From positions 224,564,001 through 224,628,000 of the forward strand of contig OZ024743.1 in the NCBI GenBank assembly GCA_964016885.1: a stretch of DNA of 64,000 bases. Direction: 5' to 3'. Of this stretch, positions 30,899-49,249 are shown one piece after another. The stretch comes from Eledone cirrhosa. Lineage: Eukaryota. A program made the translations under genes and the position numbers. A model generated the notes under the pieces. That model was not told the origin of the DNA. It saw nothing but the letters and a program-made list of their open reading frames with translations, and did not search any database. Every line of letters begins with the position of its first letter. Within the stretch, counting starts at the first letter, position 1.

Positions 30899-30900
<2 letters not shown>
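30455..30900. mobile_element. Fold-back PLE pseudo-LTR with two opposed hammerheads (family B)
   Basis: Arms 30455-30624 and 30639-30808. Plus-strand HHR 30702-30764: TATTTTAT CTGAGGA ..GTACCAA/TTGGTAC.. GAAA TATATAT A ATAAAATA. Confidence 0.85.
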
Positions 30901-30947
<47 letters not shown>

Positions 30948-31142
30948 TCCAGAATAGCCGTCGAAACATTTTCCTATTACCCACTCTACTACCCTAAGTA
31001 TTGAGTACTCTGGTGCGTTATGGTCCACCTGGTTCCTTACCACACTTCCTTCGTTATATATATATAGCTCTGTACTATACATAGAGCACTCTGCTTTCCT
31101 TTACTTTTTCTACTGAAATACTTAACACATAAAACATACACA

Positions 31143-31208
<66 letters not shown>

Positions 31209-31258
31209 CATATATATATATGTATATATATATATATATGTATACATATATATATAAG

Positions 31259-31290
<32 letters not shown>

Positions 31291-31352
31291 TATATAAGTA
31301 TATATATATATATATATACATATATATATAAGTATATATATATATATATATA

Positions 31353-35124
<3,772 letters not shown>

Positions 35125-35126
35125 TA

Positions 35127-35158
<32 letters not shown>

Positions 35159-35159
35159 A

Positions 35160-35382
<223 letters not shown>

Positions 35383-35405
35383 TATATATATATATATATA
35401 TATAA

Positions 35406-35494
<89 letters not shown>

Positions 35495-35903
35495 AGTGTA
35501 TATATATATATATATATATATTTATTTATTTATTAAAATAACAGATTACTATATATATATGGCTTGAACCCGTAAGTGAATTGAAGGTTCTGCAACACTC
35601 TGATACACAGATTATTTATTATTAAGATGTATAAACTTGACATAACTATTATCATATTATATTCTCTCAACTAATCACACTTGATCATATTTCTCTATCC
35701 CGTTTTCTCCCCCCATAATTATTATATTTTTATTATTATTTGAAAAAATCGGTTTTTTTACATTGTGTTTTCCCCTCCAAATATTCGTTTATATTTCTTT
35801 ATATATTCTCTATATATTTTTTTATCTTTATTATTTTTTTATCTTTATTATTTCCACTTTTATCCTCCTTTATATTTTACCTTATTCTTACTTTTATACC
35901 TTA

Positions 35904-36816
35904 CTAGCAGTAAAGCCCGGCGTTGCTCGGGGTCGCTCAGTAGCTGTGTTAAAGTTACAATGTTAAGTTTCTTTTTTGGCTTAAAAAATGTAGTGTCTAC
36001 TGTGCAGACTTGCATGTGGTGTTTTTGATTAATATTCCCTCAACCAACAATATGCCTTATGAAGTTAAGAAAACATAACGATAACCCCAATGTTATAACA
36101 AAAGAGGATGCTGGGGATAAAAACTGCACTGGTTATTTATTAACAAAGATCGAAAATGTAAACACTGCAACGCAGAGAAAAACATTAGCGTAACCAAATT
36201 ATCAGTTATGTCTGTCTGCACGCCTATATCACCTCTCTGCACGACTGTCTGTCTGCACGCCTATATCACCTCTCTGCACGACTGTCTGTCTGCACGCCTA
36301 TATCACCTCTCTGCACGACTGTCTGTCTGCACGCCTATATCACCTCTCTGCACGACTGTCTATCTGCACGACTGTCTGTCTGCACGCCTAACGACGAAAT
36401 ATTTGCTTGTTTTACGTAGTCTTTAAATAGACTTGTTTTCAAGTAAAAATATTGTTTTAAAATGCTTTTAAATGGAAATGAAGCAAAACGGAAGCTTAGT
36501 GTTCGAACTGATGAATTTTGCAGGTCAATATTTTGCTGGCTCGACAACTGTTAAAGCCAGCGTAATTTTTTACGTAAGACGCTCAATGTAAACAGAACAA
36601 AGGGAAATAACTGATAACTTACGCTCAAAAATCGATACATTATATTCGATTTCGTCACATAGGGTGGGTCAATTTGAATTTTTTTTTTCCGATGTCTTTG
36701 CTAGGGCTCAATGTACAAGTATAGCAATTTCGGTGCAATTCCGTGAGAGATTCTAAGAGGAGATGTGTGCCAAAAATCGATAGACAGACAGACAACCACA
36801 GTTTTATATATATAGA
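35904..36816 (-). mobile_element. Non-autonomous Helitron with an internal 37-bp minisatellite
   Basis: Minus strand: A|TCTATATATATAAAACTG...CCCGAGCAACGCCGGG CTTTACTG CTAG|T. Tandem TCTGTCTGCACGCCTATATCACCTCTCTGCACGACTG units at 36209-36388. Confidence 0.8.
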
Positions 36817-37190
36817 TTATAGTGTAATCTTCCCCATGCCTCATTATACACTATTAATTATAGATTATTATTATTACTCTTTTTCCATTTCTAATTACCT
36901 CATGTACTTTCTCCTCCGCTATATATATATATATATTGTATGCCCTTTGTGTTTGTGTAGCCTCTGCGCTCCCTCTGCACCATACTATCGACGCCACCCC
37001 ATCTATGGTTCAGCTAACCACCCGACTCCCCGGGAATGAATATGACCGCAGCTAGTAAACAAGGACCCACACCCCACCCTCCCGCACCAAAATTAGAGTT
37101 ATCGTCCCCTACTTTTGCTCTTTACTCTCTTTACTCTTTGTTCTTGAATGTTTGGTTGGTAGAGTCCATAACACCAATCAAACCCCTTTT

Positions 37191-37240
37191 ATAGCTCTGA
37201 CGAATCGTACGGTTACGTAAGGAAGAAACATTGTAAGCCA
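37191..37240 (+). ncRNA. Type-I hammerhead motif
   Basis: GCT CTGACGA ..TACG GTTA CGTA.. GAAA CATTG TA AGC; GUA cleavage triplet. Confidence 0.6.
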
Positions 37241-37279
37241 ATAAAAATCTTTTGATGTTGTAGACGCTCTTGTGTTCTT

Positions 37280-37323
<44 letters not shown>

Positions 37324-37332
<9 letters not shown>

Positions 37333-37540
37333 TTCAAATATTAATAAAATAGATGTTCTTGTGATCAATTAAATTTTATTATATGTATAATAAAATTTAA
37401 TTGATCACAAGAACATCTATTTTATTAATATTTGAATTTTAATATTAATAACTCTGGAAAATATTTTACTTGTAGAGTGCTTCCAATCTACTGTAAAACT
37501 CATTCTTTGATGTAATCATTGAATCTTGTTTAACTCTTTA
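37324..37540. mobile_element. Near-perfect ~120-bp palindrome plus pLTR-like tail
   Basis: Palindrome 37324-37445, followed by ACTCTGG...TAGAGTGCT. Confidence 0.7.
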
Positions 37541-37541
37541 A

Positions 37542-37983
37542 TATATATAAAAGAAGAAATTAAAAGATGGTTAAAAGAGTTCCATATATTTTATTATGCG
37601 CATTTCGAAAACAACATCATCCTGAGACAAAAATTGTGTTCTCATCAGATAAAATAATGTAACATGATATGAGGCCTAAAAAAAAAACACTTGTCAAGAA
37701 GAAAGTCTCCAGTCTACATAAGTGTCCAGTCTACACTTTCTTGTTGACAAGTGTTTTTTTTTTTTTAGGCCTTATATCATGTTACATTATTTTATCTGAT
37801 GAGAACACAATTTTTGTCCCAGGATGATGTTGTTTTCGAAATGCGCATAATAAAATATATGGAACTTTTTTAACCATCTTTTAATTTCTTCTTTTATATA
37901 TACTCCAGTTCTACCAACTGTTGAGTGCTACTTATCTGATATATGCATAGTTTTATTGTTCTACAATATTACTCACCTTCTAC
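37542..37983. mobile_element. Fold-back pLTR with two opposed hammerheads (family B-related)
   Basis: Arms 37542-37706 and 37735-37902. Plus-strand HHR 37788-37857: TATTTTAT CTGATGA GAA...TTC GAAA TGCGCAT A ATAAAATA. Confidence 0.85.
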
Positions 37984-37986
37984 ATA

Positions 37987-40900
37987 TCATCATCATCATC
38001 ATCATCATCATCATCGTTTAACGTCCATGTTCCACGCTTGCATGGGTTTGGACGGGAGTTTTCCCACTTGAGGCAAGAGTGGTTGTCATTGCTCGCATAG
38101 GACTGTCTGGCGGGTTTTCTACAGCTGGATGCCCTTCCTAACACCAACCACATTTACAGTGTGGGGCTGGGAGGTTTTTACCGTGTTGCCTACACGGTCA
38201 CATTACAGCGTGGACTGTGTGTTTTTTTGTCGTGACACCTACACGATCTCATTTGTTTCGGCCTGGATGTTGTGGCACCAACATAACTTTACATTGAAAG
38301 GGGCGGTGTGGATGGGGTGGAGGTGGTGGGACGGGGGTGTATTTTGTTAGAGATGCCTACTGACTGTAGTAGGTTTTACTTTGTATTTAGGTAAGGCGGG
38401 TTTTCTTTATTACTGAGTACCGCCAAAGGTCTCGGTCCAGTGACATTGTCTTAGAGTGGTGTAAGTGTGTGAGGTCGGAATTTATCAGCTCGTCCCAGGT
38501 TTTTCTGGGTCTGCCTACTCCGTGGCTACCGTCTATCTTTATTGCCCTGCACTTTGTTATACAGCTGTCGTCTTTCATGCGCATCACGTGACCATACCAA
38601 CGAAGCCTTCTCTCGAGTAAACAACATCTGATCCCTCTTATTTCTAATTTTTCTCTTAGTTCGTTTATGCTTTGCCGTTCACGTATATTACTATTACACA
38701 TCCAGCGGAGCATGCAAGCTTCGTTTCTCTCTAGTCTGCGTATATCCTCAGCACACAATGCCCAGGTCTCACTGCCATGCAACATTGCTGTTCGTATGCA
38801 GGCATCATACAACCTGCCTTTCATTTTTAGGGAGAACCCTTTAGCGGCTAATAGTGGTATAAGCTCTGAACTTTTTCCATCCAGTTCTGACTCTAGCTAC
38901 TGTACTTTCAGAGCACCCTCCCCCACTGCTGATTTTGTCACCCAGGTAACGGAAGCTGTCCACTATTTCTATAGAACCCTCTGCGCAATTGAAAGAGCTA
39001 GTATTTTGTGGGCACTTGCTGCTACTTATTGCATCAGAGCACCGGCCACATGTAAAATCTATGTTCTTAGTTAGCTTACCTGTGATCCCACTACATCTTT
39101 TATGCACCCATACTTTGCATTTGGGACATAAAATGGAGTTTCTACCTACGCCTTTCCTACACACTGAGCATGGCCATTTCCCGGAAGGGACCGGCGCCTT
39201 ATTTTCTTTCCTACAAACTAGAACTTTAGTCTTAGCCAGGTTAATTTTAAGGCCTTTTGATTCTAGGCCGTGCTTCCATGTTTGGAATTTCTTCTCTAGC
39301 TCGGCCATTGATTCAGCTATGAGCGTTAGATCATCTGTGTATAGGAGTTCCCATGGGCAGCCGGTCTTGAACTCCACTGTTATAGCCTGAAGGGCAATAA
39401 TAAATAGTAGGGGGCTAAGAACAGAGCCCTGATGAACACCAACTTTTACACTAAACTCTTCACTATATTCGTTATTAATTCTAACCTTGCTGACTGTTTC
39501 TTTATACATGGCTTGTATAGCTCTCACAAGCCATTCGTCAACACCTAGTTTTCTAAGAGCCCACCAGATAATGGAACGGGGGACTCTGTCGAAGGCTTTC
39601 TCCAAGTCAACAAAAGCTAAGTATAGGGGTTTACTTTTAGCTAGGTACTTCTCCTGTAGTTGTCGTACAATGAAAAGAGCGTCTGTGGTACTTTTGCCTG
39701 ACACAAAACCGAACTGCATTTCATCTAGATCAATTCTCTCTCTGATTAGTTGCGCTATTACTTTTTCCGTGACCTTCATGACCTGGTCGATTAATTTAAT
39801 GCCTCTATAGTTACTCCTATCTAGGGCATCTCCTTTACCCTTGTAACAGTTAATGATGATGCTGCTACGCCAGTCCTTCGGAACAACCCCATTCTGTATG
39901 ACTTGGTTTACTATCCGGGTGACCATGGTGTGTCCCACCGTTCCAGAGGCTTTCAGAATCTCAGCAACTATTTCCGAAGGCCCAGCCGCCTTACCCATCT
40001 TCATATTCTTTGATTGCCTTACTTATTATACTACCTTCGACTAACACTGCCGGTCCCTCTATTGGGTCGATGTGGGGGAGACTGTCTTTCTCCCATTTAT
40101 TCTCCTCATTTAGAAGCCTTTCGTAGTGACACTTCCAAGCTACCTTCTTATCAGCGTCAGTGATGGCAAGTACGCCATCATCATTAAGTACACACTTCTC
40201 CCCGACAATATCACGATTTTCCTTGACACATTGCCTAGCAATCCTGAACACCTCACGTTTTTGGTCCTCACGTTGTAGAACATGCTTGAACTTTCTTTCC
40301 TCTGCTTCCCTTCTTGCGAAGTACACTTGTCTCCTAGCTTCCCTCCTGGCCACTTGATAGTCTTCTCTACTTCCCCCATCCCGCCATACTTTCCAAGCCT
40401 GCTTTTTGGCCTTAATTGACTCCTCCACCTTACTGTTCCACCACCATGTTACTCTCCTCCTACCTACAGGCCTGCTCCAGCCACAGACTTCGTCTGCCGC
40501 CGTCAGCAGGTTTGCTTTCAGGAATTCCCACTGTTCCTCTATATTATACGACTCTAATTGCTCTTCCTTACTGTCGAAAGCATCAAGTAACATGCTTTGA
40601 AATTTATTTCTGGCTGTAGGGTCCTTTAGCTTCCATATTTTTCTCCTGAGGATAGTCCTCTTCTGTTGTCTAGTACGTCTCGTCCTGACTATGAGGTCGC
40701 TAATTAGCAGTCTATGTTGGGAGGTGCATTCTTCATGGGGGAAGGATTTAGTGTTTACAACAGACACTCTGTCACGTCTTCTGGTAAGGATATAATCTAC
40801 CTGGCTTGTGTGTTCCCCCGCTCTATAGGTGATCAAGTGATTGTCTCGTTTTTTGAAGTTAGTGTTACAGATAGTTAGGTTATTTGTGTCACAGAATTCC

Positions 40901-41025
40901 AGGATTCTGGAGCCTTCCTCATTTCTAGTACCGAACCCATAGCCTCCATGGATTCCGTCATAGCCGTCACAATGTTGTCCAGCGTGACCATTTAGGTCGC
41001 CTGCAATAATTATATAGTCACAAAA
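37987..41025 (-). mobile_element. RTE-clade LINE, 5'-truncated, two frameshifts
   Basis: APE endonuclease (GDLNGH, VDYIL, SQHRLL; ORF 39991-41028), RT (YRGIKL, FVDLEKAFD, GVHQGSVLSP, LLYTDD, FRYLG; ORF 38841-40004), C-terminus (LRWYGHVMR, GRPRKTW; ORF 38387-38824), 3' UTR and (ATG)n tail at 37987-38015. Confidence 0.92.
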
Positions 41026-41065
41026 CACTCACACATCGCCTCCACAGATACACACACGCATGTGC

Positions 41066-41136
<71 letters not shown>

Positions 41137-44102
41137 CGCGTGGTTAAGTGGTTAGAAAATTGGATTCACAATTGCGAGGTTGTGATTTTGATTCCCATAC
41201 CGGGCGATGCGTTATGTCCTTGAGCAAGACACTTTATTTCACGTTGCTCTTTCAGCCTGGATTTGCGACCGACAGATTGTATTAGCAATTGGAAAGATGC
41301 AGCGGGGTTGACCCAGAAACCATATAGTTGTAAAGCAAATTCTTTAGCCATACAGCCGTATCTGCTTCTATGAAAGTGAATATAAACTCCATCACGAGGC
41401 TGGAATGGAATGCATATCTCTTTAATTAACAGTAGCACTAACATAGCGTGGTTCATAATAGTGGTGTATATGAAGGTATATATGATATATTTACGTACAT
41501 TAAACATACAAGAGTCTCGCTATGAATTTCTAAGCTTTGATTACGTCACAGCTATCTCAGTAGCTGCTGAGAATGTCAGACGCATGTTTCTGACGCGTAC
41601 GCCATCGGTAGCATTTACTCACTGGGTACTGAGACAAGAACAAGCTAAACGTTATATGATTTTTTGCGTATGAAATATCGGCTGGTGATGCTCATTTACA
41701 TATATTGCCTCAGCGAATTTCACCTGTCTTTATAAAGCTGTAATAATAATTGTTTCTACTTTATGCACAAGACCATCAATTTGAAGGAGAGGGGAAAGTC
41801 GATTAAATCGACCCCAGTGTATTACTGTGCTTTATTTATCGACCCCGTAAGGATGGAAGGCAAAGCTAACCTCGGCGGGATTTGAATTCAGAACGTAAAG
41901 GGCCGTAATTCCATGTCGCGAAGCATGTTGTCCGACGCTCTACCGATGACCTATGATCTATGATCAACAATGTCTTTAATGGCAGCTGGAAATTTACCAC
42001 GAAGAATCTTTTCTTTCCATGACTGTTCTTGTGTCTCTCTAAAGTCTTTGTTGTATGTTTTCTTACCTTGACTTTCTGTTATAAAGTCTTCCTTCAGAAC
42101 CTCTCTGAGTTAAAATCAGATAGTCCCACAAGCTGTTGCACTCACTACATACGCATTGCTCAACCGAAATTAAACCTCTCCCACTTTCTCCTTTATCTTA
42201 AGGTACAGCCTTACAATATTTGCCCTTGGGTGTAAGCACCCATTGCATGTTAAGATCTTATGTGTGCGTTACAATTGTTCCTACTTTTGGCACAAGGCCA
42301 GCAATTATCTTAGTTCATTACTGTGCTTTATTTCATCGACCGCGTAAGGATGAAAGGCAAAGTTAACTTCGGCGGGATTTGAACTCAGACCGTAGAGGGC
42401 CGTGTGCGTTAATAATAATAATAATTGTTTCAACTTTAGATACAAGGCCTGTAATTTTGGGGGAGGGAAAAGTTAACTAAATCATCCCCAGTGCATTACT
42501 GGTGCTTTATTTTATCGACCCTGTAAGGATGAAAGACAAAGCTAACTTCGGCGGGATTTGAACTCAGAACGCAAAGGGCCGCAATTCTATGCCACAAAGC
42601 ATGTTGTTCGACTCTCTACCGATACTGCCAATCCCCCAATAATAATAATAATAATGGTATGATGCTCTCCACCCTGTTGAGTCATCATATGCAGGCATAA
42701 ACATGCTACACTATAACCATATGTACTTTCTACCCTGGGTGACTAATCAAATTTAAATAACTGTAGCATTATGACTATATAACGTTAACTGTCATATTTT
42801 GTGGCATTTGTTTTGGCTCTTTACGTTTTGTCATAAAATCCCGCCAAGATCAATTTTGCCTTTCACCCTTCGTGGATCGATAAAATAAAGTACTGGTTAA
42901 ATACTGGGTTGATTTAATCGACTGCCCTTCCCCCTCACTCTACTCAAAATTGCTGGCCTTATGTCTAATTTAGTGTCTATCATTAGACTTTTAGTCCAAT
43001 TGTGATGAGGACATCATGCCCGAGGAACAGGCCCCGCGAGGTCAAACAGCCGATACAGAAAGGTATCGCTGGCTGGTCTTTCTTCATCACTATATTTTCG
43101 CCATTTTATCCGCGGGACGTAACTGGGATATACCGTTAAGTCAAGGGTATAGAGTACCCCCTACCTATTTACTTCTCCTTTGTTTCTATTTATTTTTTAT
43201 ATGATACTGTAAATGTATTATGAACATTTAAAATAGACATATTATTTAAGTGTGTGAGTAAAAAAAGCACAAAAAAGAATTGTGATGGATATTTCACCCA
43301 ATTGCATCACACCCTAATGACTTAATATTCTTTTTTTACTTAGTGAACAATAGCGTCGTTGTTTATACGTCATTCTGCTAGTTTCGTCCGCCATATTATC
43401 CATTATATTGTGCGACTGGTTGTGGTGATGGCAGTAGTAGCAAAGGTGGTACTGTTGACGGTGTTTTTATTGTAAACACTGTTACTAGACATTTTGTTGT
43501 TGTCATTGCAAGATTAACGGTGCGTCAGCAGGATCCATGTTGTTTTAGTAACACAACACAGTTTGGCTTCAGTATTGTTTAAAAAAAATATGGTGATGTG
43601 TTTCGCTCTAACTCAACCAAATGACTCACTTTAATATTACCGCCCCACATCCATTAAACTCTACTGTCGGAGACCTGACATACCTGCTTGACACCATCTA
43701 GGATGGATTCTCATGCTAGATGGTGTTACACGGTATGTTCAGCGAGAATATAATTATCTAGTCTGGGAATATTTGTTTAATAATCAAACCCTGAGTAGCT
43801 TTCTTCATTATTTCTCTAAACCTTTGATAAAAATTGTAATAATTTGGGTTATCACTCTTGTTGTTTATGTTCAACCAATCCCTAAATAGTTTACCAAGTA
43901 AAACATGCAAGTCATTTAAATTCATTAATTTTTATTTTCCTGTGCTCCCTATGGAGCATTGGACGACTAGAAATATAACTGTCTGGTCTAACCACTTTTC
44001 ATTTTGCAGCAATGTATGTTTATCAAAACATGTTAAATAAGTGGCCCAGTGAGAATTTATGTAAACTTAAGAAATAGCCTAAAGACCTCTCACTGTTTAA
44101 AG

Positions 44103-44448
44103 CAGGGTTCTCAAAAGTTTTGGGCCACCGCCCCTCACGACCACGTAATACCCCCAGCGCCCCAACCCTATTTCCAGAGAAACTTGCCCACATGCAAATT
44201 GTAAATAATGTATAATAAATAAAATCGTTAATTTATATATAATAAATAATATAATATATACTATGTATAAATAAATATCATATATTTTTTATTTTACTAC
44301 ATTTATATATAATATATATCATTTGATTTTCAATATACTATTATATCAACTCCACTGCCTTCCACCATTCTTAGGCCCCAGCATCCCCTCGACCTTCTAC
44401 CCCCCCCCCCCCCTCCGGAGGCGGTAGCGCCCATTTTCAGAACTTCTG
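44103..44448. mobile_element. hAT (Charlie-like) MITE
   Basis: TIRs CAGGGTTCTCAAAA / TTTTCAGAACTTCTG; 8-bp TSD GTTTAAAG/GTTTAAGG. Confidence 0.7.
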
Positions 44449-45404
44449 GTTTAAGGGTTAGTCCGCTTCATGGTTCCAGTGGACATATTAGAGAAGATAT
44501 TGCTCCTGGCGGAACAAAGGAGACACGCTGGAACAACCAAGTTAAACTTTATATTTTAAATTATTCACAAAACATACTACATATTGTATTGTCAGTTAAT
44601 CCGGCATATATGTATTTTGTCACAGTGGTATTTTGGTCAAAATACCAAATATTTGTGTAGGCGACGTTTAATTCTAATTTTGCACTGTCATCTTCACATT
44701 TCTTTTCGCAAAATAAATTCTAAAATTATTCTATAAATATAGGCGCAGTTATGACTGTGTGGTTAAGGAATTCACTTCGCTACTCCATGGTTTCAAGTTC
44801 AGCTACACTGCGTGGTACCTCGGACAAGTGTCCTCTACTATAGGTTGTGTTGACCAATGTCTTGTGAATGAAATTTGGCGTATGTGTGTGTATGTCCGTG
44901 TATGCGTTTACGTTTGCGTTATGTCCCATAACTTAGCGGTTCGACAAAAGGAGATTGATAAAATAAGTATAAAACTTATAAAAATAAGAACTGAAGTTGG
45001 CATAATCGACTGAATTCTTTCACGGCCGTGCCCCAACATGATCGCAGTCTAATGACGGAAACCTGTAAAACAATTCTATAAATAACAAAGAATTCTGTAT
45101 ATACGTGTTGAATATCAATCAATAAATAGTATTTTCCCGACATATATGTAGGTGAGCAGGATTTGATTTTGATTTATGTTGTAGTAATATTGTTAGTTTA
45201 CATACCAAATGAGTTGCTTATATTTTGATATGTACGTTTTCTTCATAAAACAACTCCACTAATACCGTTTATAGTACAATAAACTTCGCCCATTCAGTTT
45301 ATTAACCAAATATAACAAATACAATTATCGAGTAGAGTTAGGCGTGCCTCAAAGGTAAACAAAATGACAAAGAATGATATGTAAACAAAATGACAAAGAA
45401 TATA

Positions 45405-45785
45405 TAAGTTAATCAATAATTGTTTCTACTTTAGGCACAAGGCCAGCAATTACCCAGTGCATTACTGGTACTTTATTTTATCGACCCCGTAAGGATGAAA
45501 GACAAAGTCAACCTCGGCGGGATTTGAACTCAGATCGTAAAGGCACGTAACTATGCTGGAAAGCATGGCGTCCGACCCTCTACTGATAAGTTAATCAATA
45601 ATTGTTTCTACTTTAGGCACAAGGCCAGCAATTACCCAGTGCATTACTGGTACTTTATTTTATCGACCCCGTAAGGATGAAAGACAAAGTCAACCTCGGC
45701 GGGATTTGAACTCAGATCGTAAAGGGACGTAACTATGCTGGAAAGCATGGCGTCCGACCCTCTACTGATAAGTTAATCAATAATT
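45405..45785 (-). repeat. Head-to-tail SINE1 dimer
   Basis: Two ~182-bp near-identical units, with TAAGTTAATCAATA present three times (left, middle, right). Confidence 0.85.
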
Positions 45786-46272
45786 ACACTCAATAAGTGT
45801 TTATAACCAAACAAACCTACTTTTTATCTTTTACAACTTAACGTCTTTATCAATAACTAACAAATATTAATCTTGAGTAGGTGGAAGAGGTTGAATATCC
45901 TTCGGTTACATCGACGAGTATTCCAGTTGATTCGATCAACGAAGCAGCCTGCTCAAGAAATTAATGTATCAGTGGCTGAGCATTCCACAGACACGTCTGC
46001 ACTTAACATAGTTCTCAGGAAGATTCAGCTTGACACAGTGTGTGACAAGGCCAGTCCTTTGAACTACAGATACAACTAATTAAATAGCTCTGTATTATAC
46101 ATAGAGCACTCTTCTTTCCATTACCTTTTCCACGGAAATACTTAACACACACACACACATTTCTAGGGCGGGTAAAATTCCCGAGATCCATGGACGAGTT
46201 CTCTCCAGCGGTCTCTGTCCCTCATTATCGCTGCCATGTCCTGTGTCTCCAACATACCAGTGTCTGTCCTTA

Positions 46273-46363
<91 letters not shown>

Positions 46364-46732
46364 TTGTTGTTTTTTAATGAAAAAAACCAGACGTCCTACA
46401 CAAGTGAAAGTATAAGGAAAAGAAATCGAAAATGCAACTGGAGTCTTTTAAAAAATATTTATTTGTTTCCTTTACCGGTTTTACAGTTCTTATGCTTTTC
46501 AAAAGTAGAATTGAGATGGAGAGTTTGTGGTTTTTCTTGCATTTTCGATTTATTTTCCTTATATGTATATATATGAATATATAGAGCTTTATCAGTAAAT
46601 GGAGCGTTACATTATTTTAATGTCCAATTAAAAAGGCGAACCATTTTAGCAATGGAGTAACGAAGTCTCTACCTCACTAGTGAAATATAGAATTTAGCGC
46701 CACAAATGAAAGGGAAGCAAGCAAAGTCTAAG

Positions 46733-47118
46733 TAGGGCCGGCGCCTGGCTATTTAGCGCCATAGGCTTGCTCTACAATGTGTGCCCCTTATCCAAGTTAT
46801 GTGCTTTATTCTCTCAAATAAAATAATTTCAGCTGACACACCTAGTTTTTGTTACGTCTTGCTTTGACCACACTAAAAATATTACAAAACCTCAATTTTC
46901 TACTTTACAATTCACACTCATCCACGCCAAATCACATGGCCTTTCATAACACCACATGATCCTATCCACCACTTATATTTCCACAATGCCGCTACATAGT
47001 TTACTGGCTCAGGAAATTATTATATACCTAAATTAATTATACAAATTTGTATAAAACAGTGATCCTTTACTATACCCTACGAAACTGCCTAGTTGGCCTA
47101 ATGATAGCGCCAGCTCTA
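46733..47118. mobile_element. MITE with AGGGCCGGCGC-type TIRs
   Basis: Ends TAGGGCCGGCGCCTGGCTAT / ATGATAGCGCCAGCTCTA. A second copy at 50746-51798 carries nested insertions. Confidence 0.6.
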
Positions 47119-48316
47119 GTGCGACAAATGAATAAAGTCTGAGTATCTCACATGTCATGCATCATAAATTAAATTGGGAGCCAACCCGTACAGATTTCCG
47201 TATTTCCCGGCGTCGAAGAAGCTACTTTTTTTCCTAAAATAAGTCTCAAAAATCTACCATGTGTCCTGGAGGCCGAAGGTTGTTTATTATTTTTTTTTCA
47301 AATTTTTGGTTGTCAAAATTAGGGTGCGTCCTCGAGGACGAAGCGTCTTCAGCGCCGGGAAATACGGTAGTTTTGATTACAGTTTGTATCTGTGATAATC
47401 TCCCTACAAGAAGTATAAATGTCAAGCATAACCTTCTTATTCCCCCAATATTAGTAGAGCAAATTAACCATTGACTGATATAACTAATTTCCAATTGAAT
47501 GAACTTCTGTCCGTTTCGACGATGAATGTTCCAGTTGACTCTATCCACGAAACAACCTGCTAATGAAATTAATGAGCAAATGGCTGAGCACTCTCTAAAT
47601 ACGTGTATCCATAACTTAATTCTCGAGGAGATTCAGCTTGACACTATGTGTGACAAGGTTTGCCCTTTGGCTTCCAAAGTTTCCCTTCTATCTATTTCAC
47701 TCACGAGGCTATGCTACGCTGTGAGATCAAACCCGGCAACAAATGATTGCGAAGTAAACTTCTTTAGGCCATGCTGCGTCTACTAATTATCAATGCAATT
47801 ATTTGATATCAACCATGAAGCAGATAAATAATCCATTAGCTTTTTTCCGGTCCATTTATTTTACATTAGGTCTATTTTTTTTTAATATAACTGTAATTAT
47901 TAGTTTCAAACTCGCCTCTTCTACTTTTTACTTGTCTAGTTTAATGTGAAGGCACGTGGCTTAGGGATTAGTGTGTTCGGTTCAGGGTCGTAAGGTCATG
48001 ATTTCCATTCCTAGTAGCGCGTTGCGTCAATTGGTCAAGATACTTTATTTCACGTTGCTCCAGTCCACTCAGCCGGAAAACATGTGGTATACCTGTAATT
48101 CAAAGGTCCAGCTTTGTCACACATTGTTTCAGACTGAATCTCCCAGAGAATTGTGTTATGGGTACACGTGTCTGTGGTATGTTCAGGCAATATAGGGGTA
48201 GCCTTATTTAAGTAAAGGGCGATCTGAAAATATCTGGAAAATATGAGTTGAACTTGTAATTCAAAGGGCCGCTGTGTCAGCCTGAATCTCGTTAAGCATT
48301 ATGTTATGGGTACATG

Positions 48317-48620
48317 TAGGACCGGATTTAATGGTGGAGGGGGCAATTGCTCCGGGCCCCTGCAATGGGGAGCACCAGCGACGGCAGTAGCAATTTATTT
48401 GTGCCCTCAGCTGGGCTTTTTAGTTTTAGGATGGTTAGAATTTTTGAATTTAATACCTGTATGTATAACTTTTCATTTCCCATTATTTGCGCCAAGCTAA
48501 CTTTGATATGTACAATTGGGGGGTTTGCTGTGTATTCTAACTTTTTGTGTATGAGGGAGCACCTCCACCTCCACCAAACCTGAAGTACCCCGGGCCCCCC
48601 AAGGTCTAAATCCAACCCTC
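48317..48620 (+). mobile_element. hAT-type MITE (family H1) nested in a SINE2 tail
   Basis: TIRs AGGACCGGATTTA / TAAATCCAACCCT; TSD GGTACATG/GGTACACG. Confidence 0.8.
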
Positions 48621-49249
48621 GGTACACGTGTCTGTGGTATGTTGAGACAGTGAAGAGGTATCCTTATTTAGATAAAGGGCGATGTGAGAATATGTATCAA
48701 TAATAGAAAATAACAAGGAAATCTCAGTGTTTCTGTTAGGTTTGGGAGAAAACCTGTTATGTTGTAATAATTGTTTCTACTTTCTGGCACAAGGCCAGCA
48801 ATTACCCAGTGCATTACTGGTACTTTATTTTATCGACCCCGTAAGGATAAAAGGCAGGATTTGAACTCAGAATGGCAAAGACCGTAACTCCATGCGTCAA
48901 AGCATGGCGTCCGACCCTCTACCGATACTGCCAATCTACCGCCTTCTGTTATGTTGTAATAATGGTTTCTTATATAGGCACAAGGCCAGTAATTTGGGGG
49001 GAGGGGAAAGTCGATTAAATCGACCCAGTGCGTGACTGGTACTTTATTTTATCGACCCCATAAGGATGAAAGGCAAAGTTAACCTCGTCGGCGGGATTTG
49101 AACTCAGATCATAAAGAACCGTAACTCTATGCTGCAAAGCATGGCGTCCGACCCTCTACCGATACTGCCAATCCACTAATACTTTGTGAGAAACAAAAAC
49201 AATGTAATCAACAGTCACCTTTTAATTAATCTCTCCTATATATATTATT

